Source: Dipteris shenzhenensis
Taxonomy: Eukaryota
Strand: one strand, 5' to 3'
NCBI GenBank assembly: GCA_047967505.1
Contig: CM106538.1
DNA: 64,000 bases
Part shown: positions 52,898 through 64,000 of the stretch, piece by piece
Layout of the letters: every line of letters starts with the position of its first letter
Position numbering within the stretch: the first letter of the stretch is position 1
Notes under the pieces: model-generated
Databases searched by the model: none
What the model was told of the DNA's origin: nothing
The model's input: the letters and a program-made list of their open reading frames with translations, nothing else
Made by a program: the position numbers and the translations under genes

Positions 52898-55800
52898 GTA
52901 TTATTGTCTTCGAGAGGCCTCACGGACCTATGAGACAAAGTACAATATCAGAGTGACACATGCTCATACAAGCGGCTATGGTTGAGGCAAAGGGCTCACT
53001 AAGACCCTTTGTTGAGTACTCTACTAAACTAAGCTCAGAAGTACAAACACAAACTCAAAGTTCAAAATTAGGAGCTAATAGTTAGACTTAATCTCAATTC
53101 AGAGTCAGAAGACACAGCTAGGTGCCATGATGGCTCTCCTTCGAGCTGCGAAAATATCTCGAATCTGTGTCTAATTGGTTGTCTCACGGTGTGGCGGGGG
53201 GTGTGGTCTCCGTGATCTCTGTATCTAGTGGGCCATATTTATAATGATGCCTCTAATTGGACCGTCTCCACCGAGTAAAGGTGCTAATGATGGGCTGGAC
53301 CTCCATCATGCATGCTCTGCTCCATGACTGCATCGTGTGTGGCTCCTACGTCTCTGGCTGCATCCCTCCTTGTTGTCATCGTCTGATCCCATTGATCCAT
53401 ATTGGTCTCATGTCATCGACCTCTTGCATCTCTGGTTGCATCCCCCCTCGTTATCGTCGTTGTCTGATCTCATTGATCCATGCTGGCCTCATGTCATCAA
53501 TCTCCTTCTCTACCCCAACATGCCCATGAGTAGACTCGAATGCATAGAAATTGTTGGAGAGGTCACCTCCCCATCTGTAAGCCCCCGTATGAGGAGAGCA
53601 TGGGGGGGGTGGACCTAGGGTTTGAGTGTTTGCCACATGGGCATCTGATTGGATGCCATGAGGACAAGAGCCAGAAGGGATTGAGTGATAAGATGGGGCT
53701 GCCACATGGACAGCATCTTGGCTGTCATGTGGGCAGCACATCTAGAGCTGTTATGGGCAGATCAGGGAGCCAAGAAATAGCGCAGCATAGTGGGGGTCTA
53801 TGGGCGGGTATACAGCCTGCGGCAGGGTCTCCAGCAGCAGCAAAGGGGAGCCTAGCAGCAGCCCAAAAAGGGCCTGGCTAGGGCCCTTATATAGGGTTGG
53901 TTGGGCTGAGCCAACCAGGTCAGTTGGGCCAGCCAACCAGGTCTGTCCAGTCGGCCCATTTAGGGCTGGCTGGTTGGTCCATTTGAAAGGGCCTTGAGCC
54001 CTATAAAAGGAGAGGCCTTGGGTCTCATTTCATATCCAGCATCCAGCAGTTCCAGGGCAGAAAGGAGCAGCAGGAAGCCACCCTCTGGGCCTATATCCAG
54101 GAGGTGAGAGGGTGCTTGAAGGGCTGCAGACTTAGCCAGGAAGGGCTGGACCTTAGCTGTCTACCAGCGCAGCAAGGTGCTGAGATCATCATCACTTGCA
54201 GTGCGTACGCTCTGTTGGGTCATTTCTAACCTGGTATCAGAGCCCAAGTAGGAGGCTCATAGGTGTGGGAGCCTGAAGGCAGGGACCTTGCTGAAGGATG
54301 ACCCTGATTCAGAAGCTCTTGGGAATCGACTTCCACAATTGGAGGATTGTGCCCTTGCAAGAACGAGGGTGACTCAGGTTCAGTTAGGTGCGTTTAAAGT
54401 TCGCGTTCTAGGTTATCTGGAGATGTACTTTTGTTGCAGACCTTGCCAAAGGAAGGACGGGTTGAAATAGACCCTCAGTGCATGGTGCCTAGAAGACTCC
54501 AAGGTGTTCACTCATTATGAGGGGGACAACTGGAAGATCGTGACTGCTGGATTGCTCGAGTTCGAAGGCGGGAACATGACTGAAGGAGGTGGTGCCAGGA
54601 GGTGCTACCAAAGATGGACCTGTGTACCAGGATGGTGTGCGGAAGCGGAACCAGACCTGGTGGAGCAGGAGCCACTGGATGAAAAGCCAGGAAAAGATTT
54701 CGACATCGAAAAGTTCCAGAGGACTACGACCAGGGAGTTACTGGAGCATCTTCATCAATGTGTTGGCATTGGGCCTAGATGTGTCAGTGAGAGGGGGTGT
54801 TGGTGAGGTCACCTCCCCATCTGTAAGCCCCCATATGAGGAGAGCATGGGGGGGGTGGACCTAGGGTTTGAGTGTCTGCCACATGGGCATCTGATTGGAT
54901 GCCATGAGGACAAGAGCCAAAAGTGATTGAGTGATAAGATGGGGCTCCCACATGGACAGCATCTTGGCTGTCATTTGGGCAGCACATCTAGAGCTGTTAT
55001 GGGCAGATCAGGGAGCCAAGAAATAGCACAGCATGGTAGGGGTCTATGGGCAGGTATACAGCCTGCAGCAGGGTCTCCAGCAGCAGCAAAGGGGAGCCTA
55101 GCAGCAGCCCAAAAAGGGCCTGGCTAGGGCCTTATATAGGGCTGGTTGGGCTGAGCCAACCAGGTCGGTTGGGCCAGCCAACCAGGTCTGTCCAGTCGGC
55201 CCATTTAGGGCTGGCTGGTCGGTGCATTTGAAAGGGCCTTGAGCCCTATAAAAGGAGAGGCCTTGGGCCTCATTTCACATCCAACATAGCCAGCAGTTCC
55301 AGGGCAGAAAGGAGCAGCAGGAAGCCTACTCTCTGGGCCTATCTACAGGAGGTGAGAGAGTGCAACAAGGGCTGCAGACTTAGCCAGGAAGGGCTGGACC
55401 TTGGCTGTCTTCTAGGGCAGCAAGGTGCTGTGATCATCATCACTTGCAGCAGCAAACAGCCAGCAGATAGGAGCAGCAAAGGAGCTTCCCTTGGGCCTAT
55501 GTTCAGGAGGTGAAGGGAGCACAAGGAGCTGCAGACTAAGAGCTGAGAGAGCTGCCCACCTAGGCTGGTGCAAAGACAGCAAGGTGGAAGGGATCTGGAC
55601 GGATAGTCTACAGAAGCTCGAGGTGGAGCACGCGGACTCGAGTCTAGAGATAACTGGCTGATAGGAGAAGTACCTTGTGGTAAGATCAAAGGACCACACC
55701 ATTGGTGGGACTCTGGATCTATATCTTTTGTATTGTGTCCATAGTTTTGGACGGAAATATATTTTGGTGGTTTCTCTATCTGGCTGGTTCATTGTCTATT

Positions 55801-56183
55801 GATGAGTCTGCACATCTAATCTATGTGACTCACATTAAGTAAAGAAGTTTGTGATTCCACACCCCACACACCACACTGTGTGAGCTGTTGGGCATTACTA
55901 TCAGTCTTCCGCTGTGCGTACCCTCTGTTGGGTCATTTCTAACAGAAATCTGGGACGTGTTGCTGAGCTCGATCTACCTCTGTTTCTTGCAACACTGCGC
56001 TCTCCTGCTCTCTGATTTGACGCAGAAGGATCTCTCAAGATCGTCTCAAGTCCATTAGATAGAGGCCAACACATACTTGGTAATAGAAATGAAGCACCTG
56101 GGGGAGAGGCTCGAAACCATGTCCCTCCTGGAAGAACGTTCTTGGAGCTCATAGTAAATTGAATAGGTACATAGGAAATGCTC

Positions 56184-56186
<3 letters not shown>
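52869..56186 (-). mobile_element. CCHC-LINE family copy split by the LTR element 53552-55944
   Basis: 52869-53551 plus 55950-56186 is colinear with the 50012-50780 copy; (GA)n tail at 52869-52895. Confidence 0.75.
53552..55944 (+). mobile_element. Non-autonomous LTR element (LARD/TRIM-like), copy 2
   Basis: TSD GAAAT; 5' LTR 53552-54231 with an internal deletion of about 465 bp; PBS at 54232; internal region homologous to 40986-41552; PPT; 3' LTR 54798-55944. Confidence 0.92.

Positions 56187-56227
<41 letters not shown>
56187..56227. repeat. (TG)n microsatellite
   Basis: About 20 TG units, directly followed by TCATCCTAT. Confidence 0.95.
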
Positions 56228-56228
<1 letters not shown>

Positions 56229-56236
56229 CATCCTAT

Positions 56237-58722
56237 ATTTTCTTCAGAATGTCCCTTAAGCAGTCTTTACATGACAGTCTTGCTGCAAGGGATTTGGATG
56301 CTACTTGCCTTGAAGTGTTCTCTACTTGTTTTTGAGTTCTTCTATCGGGCTCTCTTTCGGAGTTCTTTGCTAGTGTGTGGGAGACTTCCCATATTGTAAA
56401 TTCATGAGCATATAAATACAATGGATTTTACCAAAAAAAAAAAAAAAAAAAAAAGTGTGTGTGTTCATCCTATATCCTCTCATGGGAAAACACCTGCTGA
56501 AAACTCTGGTGTTGGCTTGACCATTGGCTTGACCAAGGCTGCTGTGACTGCAAATCGGACCTTGTTTCCTGAAGAAGAAGTTGCTGCACTTTTGTCCTCT
56601 TCTCAGGCTGAAGCTTCATCCCAGGGCAGAGGCCCGGACATTGAGGTGGAAATGCAGACTTAGACAGCCCGTTAGTTGCTGTACATACCTGTCCCATAAC
56701 TGTAAATATGCTTGATCATCTGAAGTGTGTTACTCTCAATGTACAAGGAATGCGTGATGGTCGCAAATGGAAACTGGTCTGGATGTATATCAGGCAATTG
56801 CAGCCTGATATAATTGCTTTGCAAGAGCATAATCAGCATATGTATGCTGGTCAAATAGGCCATAGCGCAGTCCATCCTTGTGGCATATATTCAATTTTAC
56901 TTGCCATTGATCATGTTTACTAAGGCAGATCTTACATCTTTCATGTCTGTCTTTATGGAACTCTTCTGGCGATCCAAACATGGCAGAAAAAGTCTCAGGT
57001 TGCTTTCGATGCATCACATTTGTTCTCCCAAGATGCATGGTGGATTGAACATCATGGATATTCATGTGCATATTCTTGCCCACAGGGGGAAAATGTTGCT
57101 GCAATTTCTGCAAGGTGATCAGCCTTGGGCTCTTATGATTAGGACTCTGGTCACTCATATGAGTATTTCTGTGTTTGGTCATTGGCAACTCGATCACTAC
57201 AAATTACTTCTATGCTTTCACCCTTTGTTCCGATTCCTCCTTTGGAACTCCAGGACCGATTGGAAGATTGGACTTTTGACTTCTCCAGGGTCCTCTTCTC
57301 GTCCTTTGAGGCTCTCTCAGATTACTGTACGTGCATTCTATAAAATCCTTTTGCCTCAACCTTGGGTTTCAAAGAGAGGTGATTCTGTTTGGCGAATGCA
57401 TCGCCCAGCCAAGTGGTGGAGGAAAAGATTACAGCAACTTTGGGCCTATAAAGTACCGCTTCGGCAACAGGTTTCTTTTGGTGAGTTCTTTTGGGAGTGT
57501 TTCCATCTAGACAGCTATTAGCTCATCGACACATTGCTCCTGCACTTTGCCATAGATGTTCTGCTTCTTCGGAGACTGTGTCTCACTTTTTTTAGCATTG
57601 TCCGTGCTCTCGTGAGTTTTTTGATCTGCTTCGACAGCACCTGCGAGCGAGATTCCCATCTGCTCCATTTGGAAAGTTCTTGTGACTATTTGGGTTTCAT
57701 CCATCCAGACCGGAGTTTCATCTTTTCTTCGTTTGGGCTCGCTACTGGGCACTATGGACTTTATGGACATATAGGAATTGTAAAGTCTTTGGTGATCCTA
57801 CTTTCTCTCTGTTTGGCTTTTTTAGGCGTTCTCTGCAGCAATCTTTCTTTGATTGCTTGCAGACCCGCTGCATAGATCATTAGGTCTTTTTGGGATATAA
57901 TGAAATTTTCAGTTGGTGTAATTGTAGCACCTTTTTTTGAGGTTGCTACTCATATAATATAATCAATCAATGATTTCACCCAAAAAAAAGTGTGTGTTCA
58001 TCCTATGTTGCAATGTATTGATCATCTTGTGGCTACAGGATCAGTTCATGGCTTGGAATTGGATGCTAATCGCAGCATGGTTGCTCAAGCTTATGCTGAT
58101 GATTCTTTCTTTACCCCAAAGAATACGCCCCATGATCTTGGTGCCTTGATGCAGGCCCTCTTTATTTATGGTTTGGCAGCTGGTCTTCATGTTAATTTTC
58201 AAAAGTCTAAGCTGTTCCCTTTGCATTCCAAAGACTGGCATAGTCTATTATGGCCCGGGGATATCATTCCACCCGCTCAGTTTGTTCATCATCTTGGTTA
58301 CCCTTTGGGGTGGGAACTCACTCGCCGACAACAAACTGATTGGGTTTTGGCTAAGCTTCAGAAAAAGCTTGAGTATTGGAAACTGGCAACCTGGCCTTTG
58401 CATGTTCGTCTTCGAATAGTGCAGTCCATCCTTGTGGCATATATTCAATTTTACTTGCCAGTGATCATGTTCACTAAGGCAGATCTTACATCTTTCATGT
58501 TTGTCTTTATGGAACTCTTCTGGCGATCCAAACATGGCAAAAAAAGTCTCAGGCTGCTTTCGATGCATCACATTTGTTCTCCCAAGATGCATGGTGGATT
58601 GAACATCACGGATATTCATGTGCATATTCTTGCCCACATGGGAAAAATGTTGCTGCAATTTTTGCAAGGTGATTAGCCTTGGGCTCCTATGATTAGGACT
58701 CTGGTCACTCATATCAGTATTT
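56237..58722 (+). mobile_element. Head-to-tail array of three truncated L1/Tx1-type LINE copies
   Basis: Poly(A) tails at 56433-56454 and 57982-57989, each followed by GTGTGTGTTCATCCTAT; APE start VTLNVQGM...IIALQE; RT AYADDS...GLHVNFQKS...HLGYPL. Confidence 0.85.
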
Positions 58723-58724
58723 CT

Positions 58725-61700
58725 TTCAAGAAAAAGTGATATATTCCATTCAAAACGAATCATACAACAGGTGGGAGAGAAAGTACTCTATCCCTAGCCT
58801 CAACAATGTGGCAAAAAAGCCATGGTGGTGGTCTAAAATGCCACGACATCCCAAAAGGGGTCAAATGAAAAAATAATGAGCAGTCCCATGTCCTCATGAA
58901 GGATAAAAGTCTCCCATGAGCTGCCAAAGAGGTGCCTGTACACCGCTCCCACTGACTGCTGAGAGTGAAATGGAAGCGAGAGTGTCAACCTCCGTGCATA
59001 AATGGCCCCTAAGGACAAAAGAACATCGTGAACACCATATCCGCCATAGGGTAATGCTGGAAATCACCTCCTAGGCTGATCCTGCAGGTGAAGTAGGCAT
59101 GGAATCTTGAGCTGGTACAGGTACCAAAAGTAAATCCTGCGGCGCCATGATGCTGACATCTATGGGACCCCGTCTCTGGCGATGCTGCATGAAGAAACCG
59201 TGGTCTCCTGGCTCTGACTCAAAGAGAGCAAAGGCTCTAGATCCTCTCCCCCAAAGGGCAGCACCCCATGTCATCCGAAAGGACTCGGATGTAACATACG
59301 AGAACAACCTGAAGATACCTGTCCATACCACTCTAGAGCTAGGGCAGCTCCATAAACAATGCTTACTAGATTCCTCTGCAAGCTGACAACGCATACACAA
59401 GGAGGGTCTACCCATCTGCTGAAGCCAAGTACCCATAGGTATACCCCTATGTTTAGTGAGCCAAAGAAAGTAGGAGACTTTCCTAGCTCTACTGATGTCC
59501 CAAAAGTGAGTCCAGTAGCTCAGCAAGAGCTCTGCAGTAAGTCCGTGTGCGTGCCAATGCTGTGAGGCAGATGGTAGGTGATGAGAGTCTCTTTGCTGAA
59601 GCCTGTAACTTGCCCTCGTCGAGTACTTAAAAAGAGAAAGATGACGAACGCCTGCCACTGGAGCAGGCCACGCCCACTCACCTGGGTCCCAGTCGAGCTC
59701 CGCAAGAGGTCGACCCTGAAAAATCCAAAGTCTCCATCTAGGATCCTCTGCAATGGTCAACCTGGAAGGATCTGTGGCCCATTCCTTACCCAGGTAACCA
59801 ATGACCCTGACTCTCTGCCAAAGGAGCTCCTGTCGATCCAGGGGCTGAGTGGGATACAATCTGTGAGAGGAGTCCGTCTCAAAATAAGTAAACGGTGCCG
59901 GTCCTAAACGAACTCCAATGCATAGCCCAGCCTCACTAAAACAACCTGACCAAGTAGAGATGGGATGAACATAGGCTGGATCTGTAAGCATATCCCTCCA
60001 CTCTTGAGGAATAGCTCTCATGATCACTAATCTGGTGGCAACAATCTGTCCAAGTGGCCCGTGTCTATCTCTGATCTCCTCCTCTGACATCTCCACACCT
60101 CCTCTGAACCAATCTCCAACTGTCACAACCCCTTGAGCATGCCATCTGGCCAAGGGAGTCCTAAGTTCTGTACTAGGGGAAGATCCCTGATACCGAACTA
60201 GGGGGTTATGATAGAGTGGCTGTCGGGCAATTTCCTCTCTGGAGGAGGGAACTACTTTGATGAGGTGTTGTCGAAAGTGATCCCATATCTGAATAAGCCT
60301 TTTCACAAGTGGTGAGGAAGGCTAAGAATGCTGGTCCGCCAAGAAGATCCAACTGACTCTACCTGCCCACACTGGCCTGCTGCTCTGGGGGTGCACTGGT
60401 GAATCCCATGTAGTAGGAACTGCTTCCACGGCTAATCTCCTGGAGTCAAACCTCTAACAAGAAGTTTGACTAAAAGGGCTCTGCTCTGCATCTCAGGATC
60501 ATGATCCCCAAGTCCTTCCTGTGAGGAGGGTAAAGTGATAGTATCCCATGAAACCCTGGCCCTAGTGTCCTCAGAACCGTCGCCACCACTCCACAGGAAG
60601 TTTCGGAGCAATCTCCTCACCTGACGGATCGAGTCAGCATGAAAGCACCAACATGACGCAACGTACCACATAGTCTCTAGTAGAACCTGGTTGAGTACCA
60701 GCGCTCTTCCGGCCAAAGAAAGTCTAGCCGTGCTCCAGTAGGCTAGCTTTCTCCGGATGCCCTCAAGAGCTGGGGCAAACTGTTGCGTCGGGGACACCTC
60801 AATGCCAACCTGGAAGCCTAGATATCTCGTGGAGGTGCCTGTGGGAATCCATACAAAGCCTCTATCTCCTCCCCATGCTGGGGTATCCTACTGAGCTTCT
60901 GTCCAGATGCCTTTTGATTTGTTCCAATTGATAAGTCCCCCTGAGGCTAGGCAGAACTTGTCAATTGAATCCGCAGCAGTAGCGAGACTATATGCATCTC
61001 CTCTGACTGTCAGTGTCGTGTCGTCAGCAAACTCAGTATCCAGAATCTCCTGCTTGTGCCGGATAGGCAGATGGAGGCCCAAAGTGCCATGACTGGTAGC
61101 CTGCATAAAGTATCCCATAGCCTCCGCTACGAAAAGGAAAAGGTAAGGTGCAAGTGGGCATCCCTGTCGTACTGATCTGGATAGCTGAAAAGCCGGTCCT
61201 CTCCCTCCACAGACCACCATTCTGCTAGAAGAGTGGGAGTAAAGTGAGGAGACCCAAGAAATCCATCTATCACTGAAGCCTAGCCTCCCATAGTGCCCTC
61301 CAAGAAACCCCAGTCCACCCTATCATAAGCCTTCTCAAAATCGAGAAGAAGAACTGCAATCTCCTGCTGACTCTCCTTCGCCCAGTGAGTGGCCTCCCAA
61401 AAAGTGAAGATGTTATCCAAGATACTCCGATCTTGGACAAATCCTGTCTGAGTAGCTCTGATGATATCTGGCAGCATAGGCTTTAGGCGAAGAGCCAAGG
61501 TCTTCGCTAGGATCTTGTAGGCTGTCTCTAGAAGTGTAATGGGTCTCCAATTACGTAGGACTGTCTTGTCTCCCCCTTTCGGGATGAGACAAATCATACC
61601 TGTGCATAATGTCTCGCCCAAAGATCCTGTATCGAGAGCCTCTGACAAGGCAGAGAGTAGATGAGGCCCAATCGTATCCCAAAGAGCTCTAAAAAGAAGT

Positions 61701-64000
61701 GGCGACAAACCGTCCCCCCCCCGAGCATCTGTCTCTGGGCAGCTCATGTAACGCGTCTGTGATCTCCAAGAGTGATAGAGGGCTATCCAAAACATGACTC
61801 ATCCTGTCTGAGACCATCAGGGGGATATGACTCCAAATCTCCTCTCTGGCTCAGATCATCTCCTCGGCGACTGGATCGGCGGTGTAAAGAGTGGAATAGA
61901 AATCAGAAGTGATCTCAACAAGACGGTGAGGGTCCGTTTGAAGAGACGTGAGGGTCCGTTTGAAGAGACCCGGCCTCATCCAAAAGTCTACGAAGACTGT
62001 CCGAAGAGTATCTCTGACCCACTGCCCTCAAGAACTCTCTAGAGCATCTATCCCCCTTCTGAATCCAGAAAGTCTGCTGGGAGTAAAACCTAAATTGGGC
62101 CCTCCTGCCCTGAATCTCCTCTAGTCTCTCCTGAGCCTCCGAAAGCTGTCCTCTGATGAAAAGAGAATGAGGAAAACTCTGGATCAATCTCTGAAGTCTG
62201 GATACCTCCGCTCTTGCATTCCGATCTTTGATTCTGAGCTTTTCCTTCTCCTCTTTTGCCCTCAACTGGCAGGCCATGCTGACTCTAGCCAAAGCCCCCT
62301 CTACCCACATCAACCAGCCCTGATCCACAGCAGTGTCCACTGACAACCAAGTCTCTCTCAACCGTTCCACGAACTTTGTATCCTGAAAAACAAAGTCCGA
62401 AACTCTCACAGATGCTGTGCTCTCCAATCGAGAGGTAGGAAGAATCTGTAATAGGACTGGAGCATGGTCAGATAAAACATAACCCGGGCGGATCCCAATC
62501 TGTCCTCCTCTGGCCTGACCCCATTGGCCAATATAAAACCTGTCAAGTCTGACCAAAGAAAGAGAGCCATGGAAAACCCCGGACCAAGAGAACTGAAGAC
62601 TGTCAGCCAAGTGACGAAAGTCGTCCAATCGAGTTGCATCATGAAGTCCAGCATGCAAAACAAAACTATCCCACTCCACTCTCTCCCTATCAGAAAGGCC
62701 ACCCTTTGTCTGACCCGACTTGTCTTCAGCGAATTCAACCATGTTGAAATCACCTCCAACAATCCAGGTGTCTGCCTGAGGAAGGGACTCTCTGAGTTGT
62801 CTCCAAAAAGCACATCTGTGGGCTAAATCCGTGGGAGCATACACATTGAGAACACCAACTGCTGTGCTCTCAATATGAAGAATAACATAGCATGCTCTGC
62901 TCTCCACTAGTGTACCCTCTTGGGTGATCTCTGAGGCCCACCTAGCTGAAACTTAAATGCAAACTCCTCCCCTCGTGCCATCCGCTGGGTTCCAATATGT
63001 CCGGCTCTGTCCTCTGAGTAAGGATCTGCATCTGTCAATCCTGTCCTGGGAGAGCTTATGCTCCTGGATAAGCACAATGTTTGGAGGGGACCCTGAGGAA
63101 ATAAACCGAAGGGAGTCCCTAAGCAACTGCAATCTAGGAACTCCCAATCTACGACCATCTGCATCTGAGGTAAATCTGCGGCCGTTTAGTCCTCTCACAC
63201 TCCAAGAAATGATGGACAACCTAGACATCGGATGGAAGTGTGGGTGTGCCAGTGGCAACGGCACAAAACTCTCTCTCTGACGGCGCAATTCAAAGTCGGT
63301 CTTTGATCAAACTCCAAATCTGCCCCAACTCATGTAAAATGGCTCCATCCAAGGGAATAGTACTTTGGACTGAGGAGCTGAAAGTCAAACCAACCAGCAC
63401 TCCTGGGCAAATTAAAGTCTCTCTGAATCTCAAAGAACAGAAACAGAAAGGCCCTGCCACCGAAGCCAGGTCGAAGAGTCCTAGGGCAAGAATGAATCTG
63501 CGAGCCGACAATACGGTGAACCGATGAAAATTGAGTCATGCTCATAAGCTGTCTAGCAATCTCGCTGTCAAGTAACTCAGCTGACCAGCTTTCGCTCCCC
63601 CGAGATCGAAAGCTACCTACGGAGAAACGAAGAACGTGCCCCTCTCTGGAGAGAGTAACAGATCCCAAGTACTCCTCTGACCACCGGCAAAACACCGGTA
63701 GAAGTTCCAATCGAGTGAGGGAGTCTGTGATAACCCCTCGAGCCAAAAAGGGCCAAAACTCAACGGGCAGATCTCTGTCAACCATCCTGGGGTCAAGTCT
63801 AGGAGTTAGAAGAGCTGAAAAGGGCTAAGCCGTCCTGACTCTGCTCCTGGAATAGGTGAGAGGGAGAGGAAGAATCTGGGACGAGGTGCCTGTCCGCGTG
63901 GGTGACTGATACTCTTGCTCGATCTCGTCTGCTAGGATCTCCCAATCCTCACGCCTGTCTGGGTACTGAGCAAAATCTGTGACCGCACTCGCAAAAGATC
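58725..64000 (-). mobile_element. Near full-length degenerate L1/Tx1-type LINE (ORF1 part plus ORF2 EN-RT-zinc finger)
   Basis: EN IISWSVRGLN, IQE, NVYAP, GGDFN, LDRFY, SDHAPV; RT NWRPITLL, DFEKAYDRV, RQGCPLAP, FADD; CMRCQLAEESSKHCLWSC. Several stops and frameshifts, and a 22-bp tandem duplication at 61926-61969. Confidence 0.93.

Noticed and set aside
56220-56240. GTGTGTTCATCCT resembles the reverse complement of part of U6 snRNA (GTGCGTGTCATCCTT)
   Set aside because: Short, imperfect match and no flanking U6 sequence.
1-64000. The many 60-130 aa ORFs in the six-frame track
   Set aside because: Antisense or off-frame to TE genes, or inside LTRs and repeats; no recognisable domains.

Overview
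Eukaryotic, land-plant DNA (very long TE-filled introns suggest a large-genome plant such as a fern; this is inference). The only host gene seen is the middle of a + strand ERG8/plant-type phosphomevalonate kinase (PMK): five GT-AG exons (902 bp in total) at 1892-1944, 9435-9824, 15192-15296, 29508-29735 and 47637-47762, separated by introns of about 7.5, 5.4, 14.2, 17.9 and more than 16 kb. Its first and last exons were not found in the window. Nearly everything else is nested retroelement DNA: (i) a full-length chromovirus-type Ty3/gypsy (22322-28403, - strand, TSD AGTTC); (ii) an internally deleted gypsy with TG...TA LTRs and an intact integrase-chromodomain ORF (34285-39799, TSD CATTG); (iii) two copies of a short non-autonomous LTR element (30975-42721, TSD CAAAG; 53552-55944, TSD GAAAT), the first holding a Ty1/copia gag-pol inside its 5' LTR; (iv) a near full-length degenerate L1/Tx1-type LINE (about 58.7-64 kb, - strand); (v) three L1-type insertions stacked head to tail at one 17-bp target; (vi) about 12 copies of a CCHC-bearing LINE/SINE family with a conserved structured 3' end, microsatellite tails and a recurrent PIP-box-like peptide. 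Exons, LTR ends and TSDs were read by eye; boundaries of degenerate elements are approximate.
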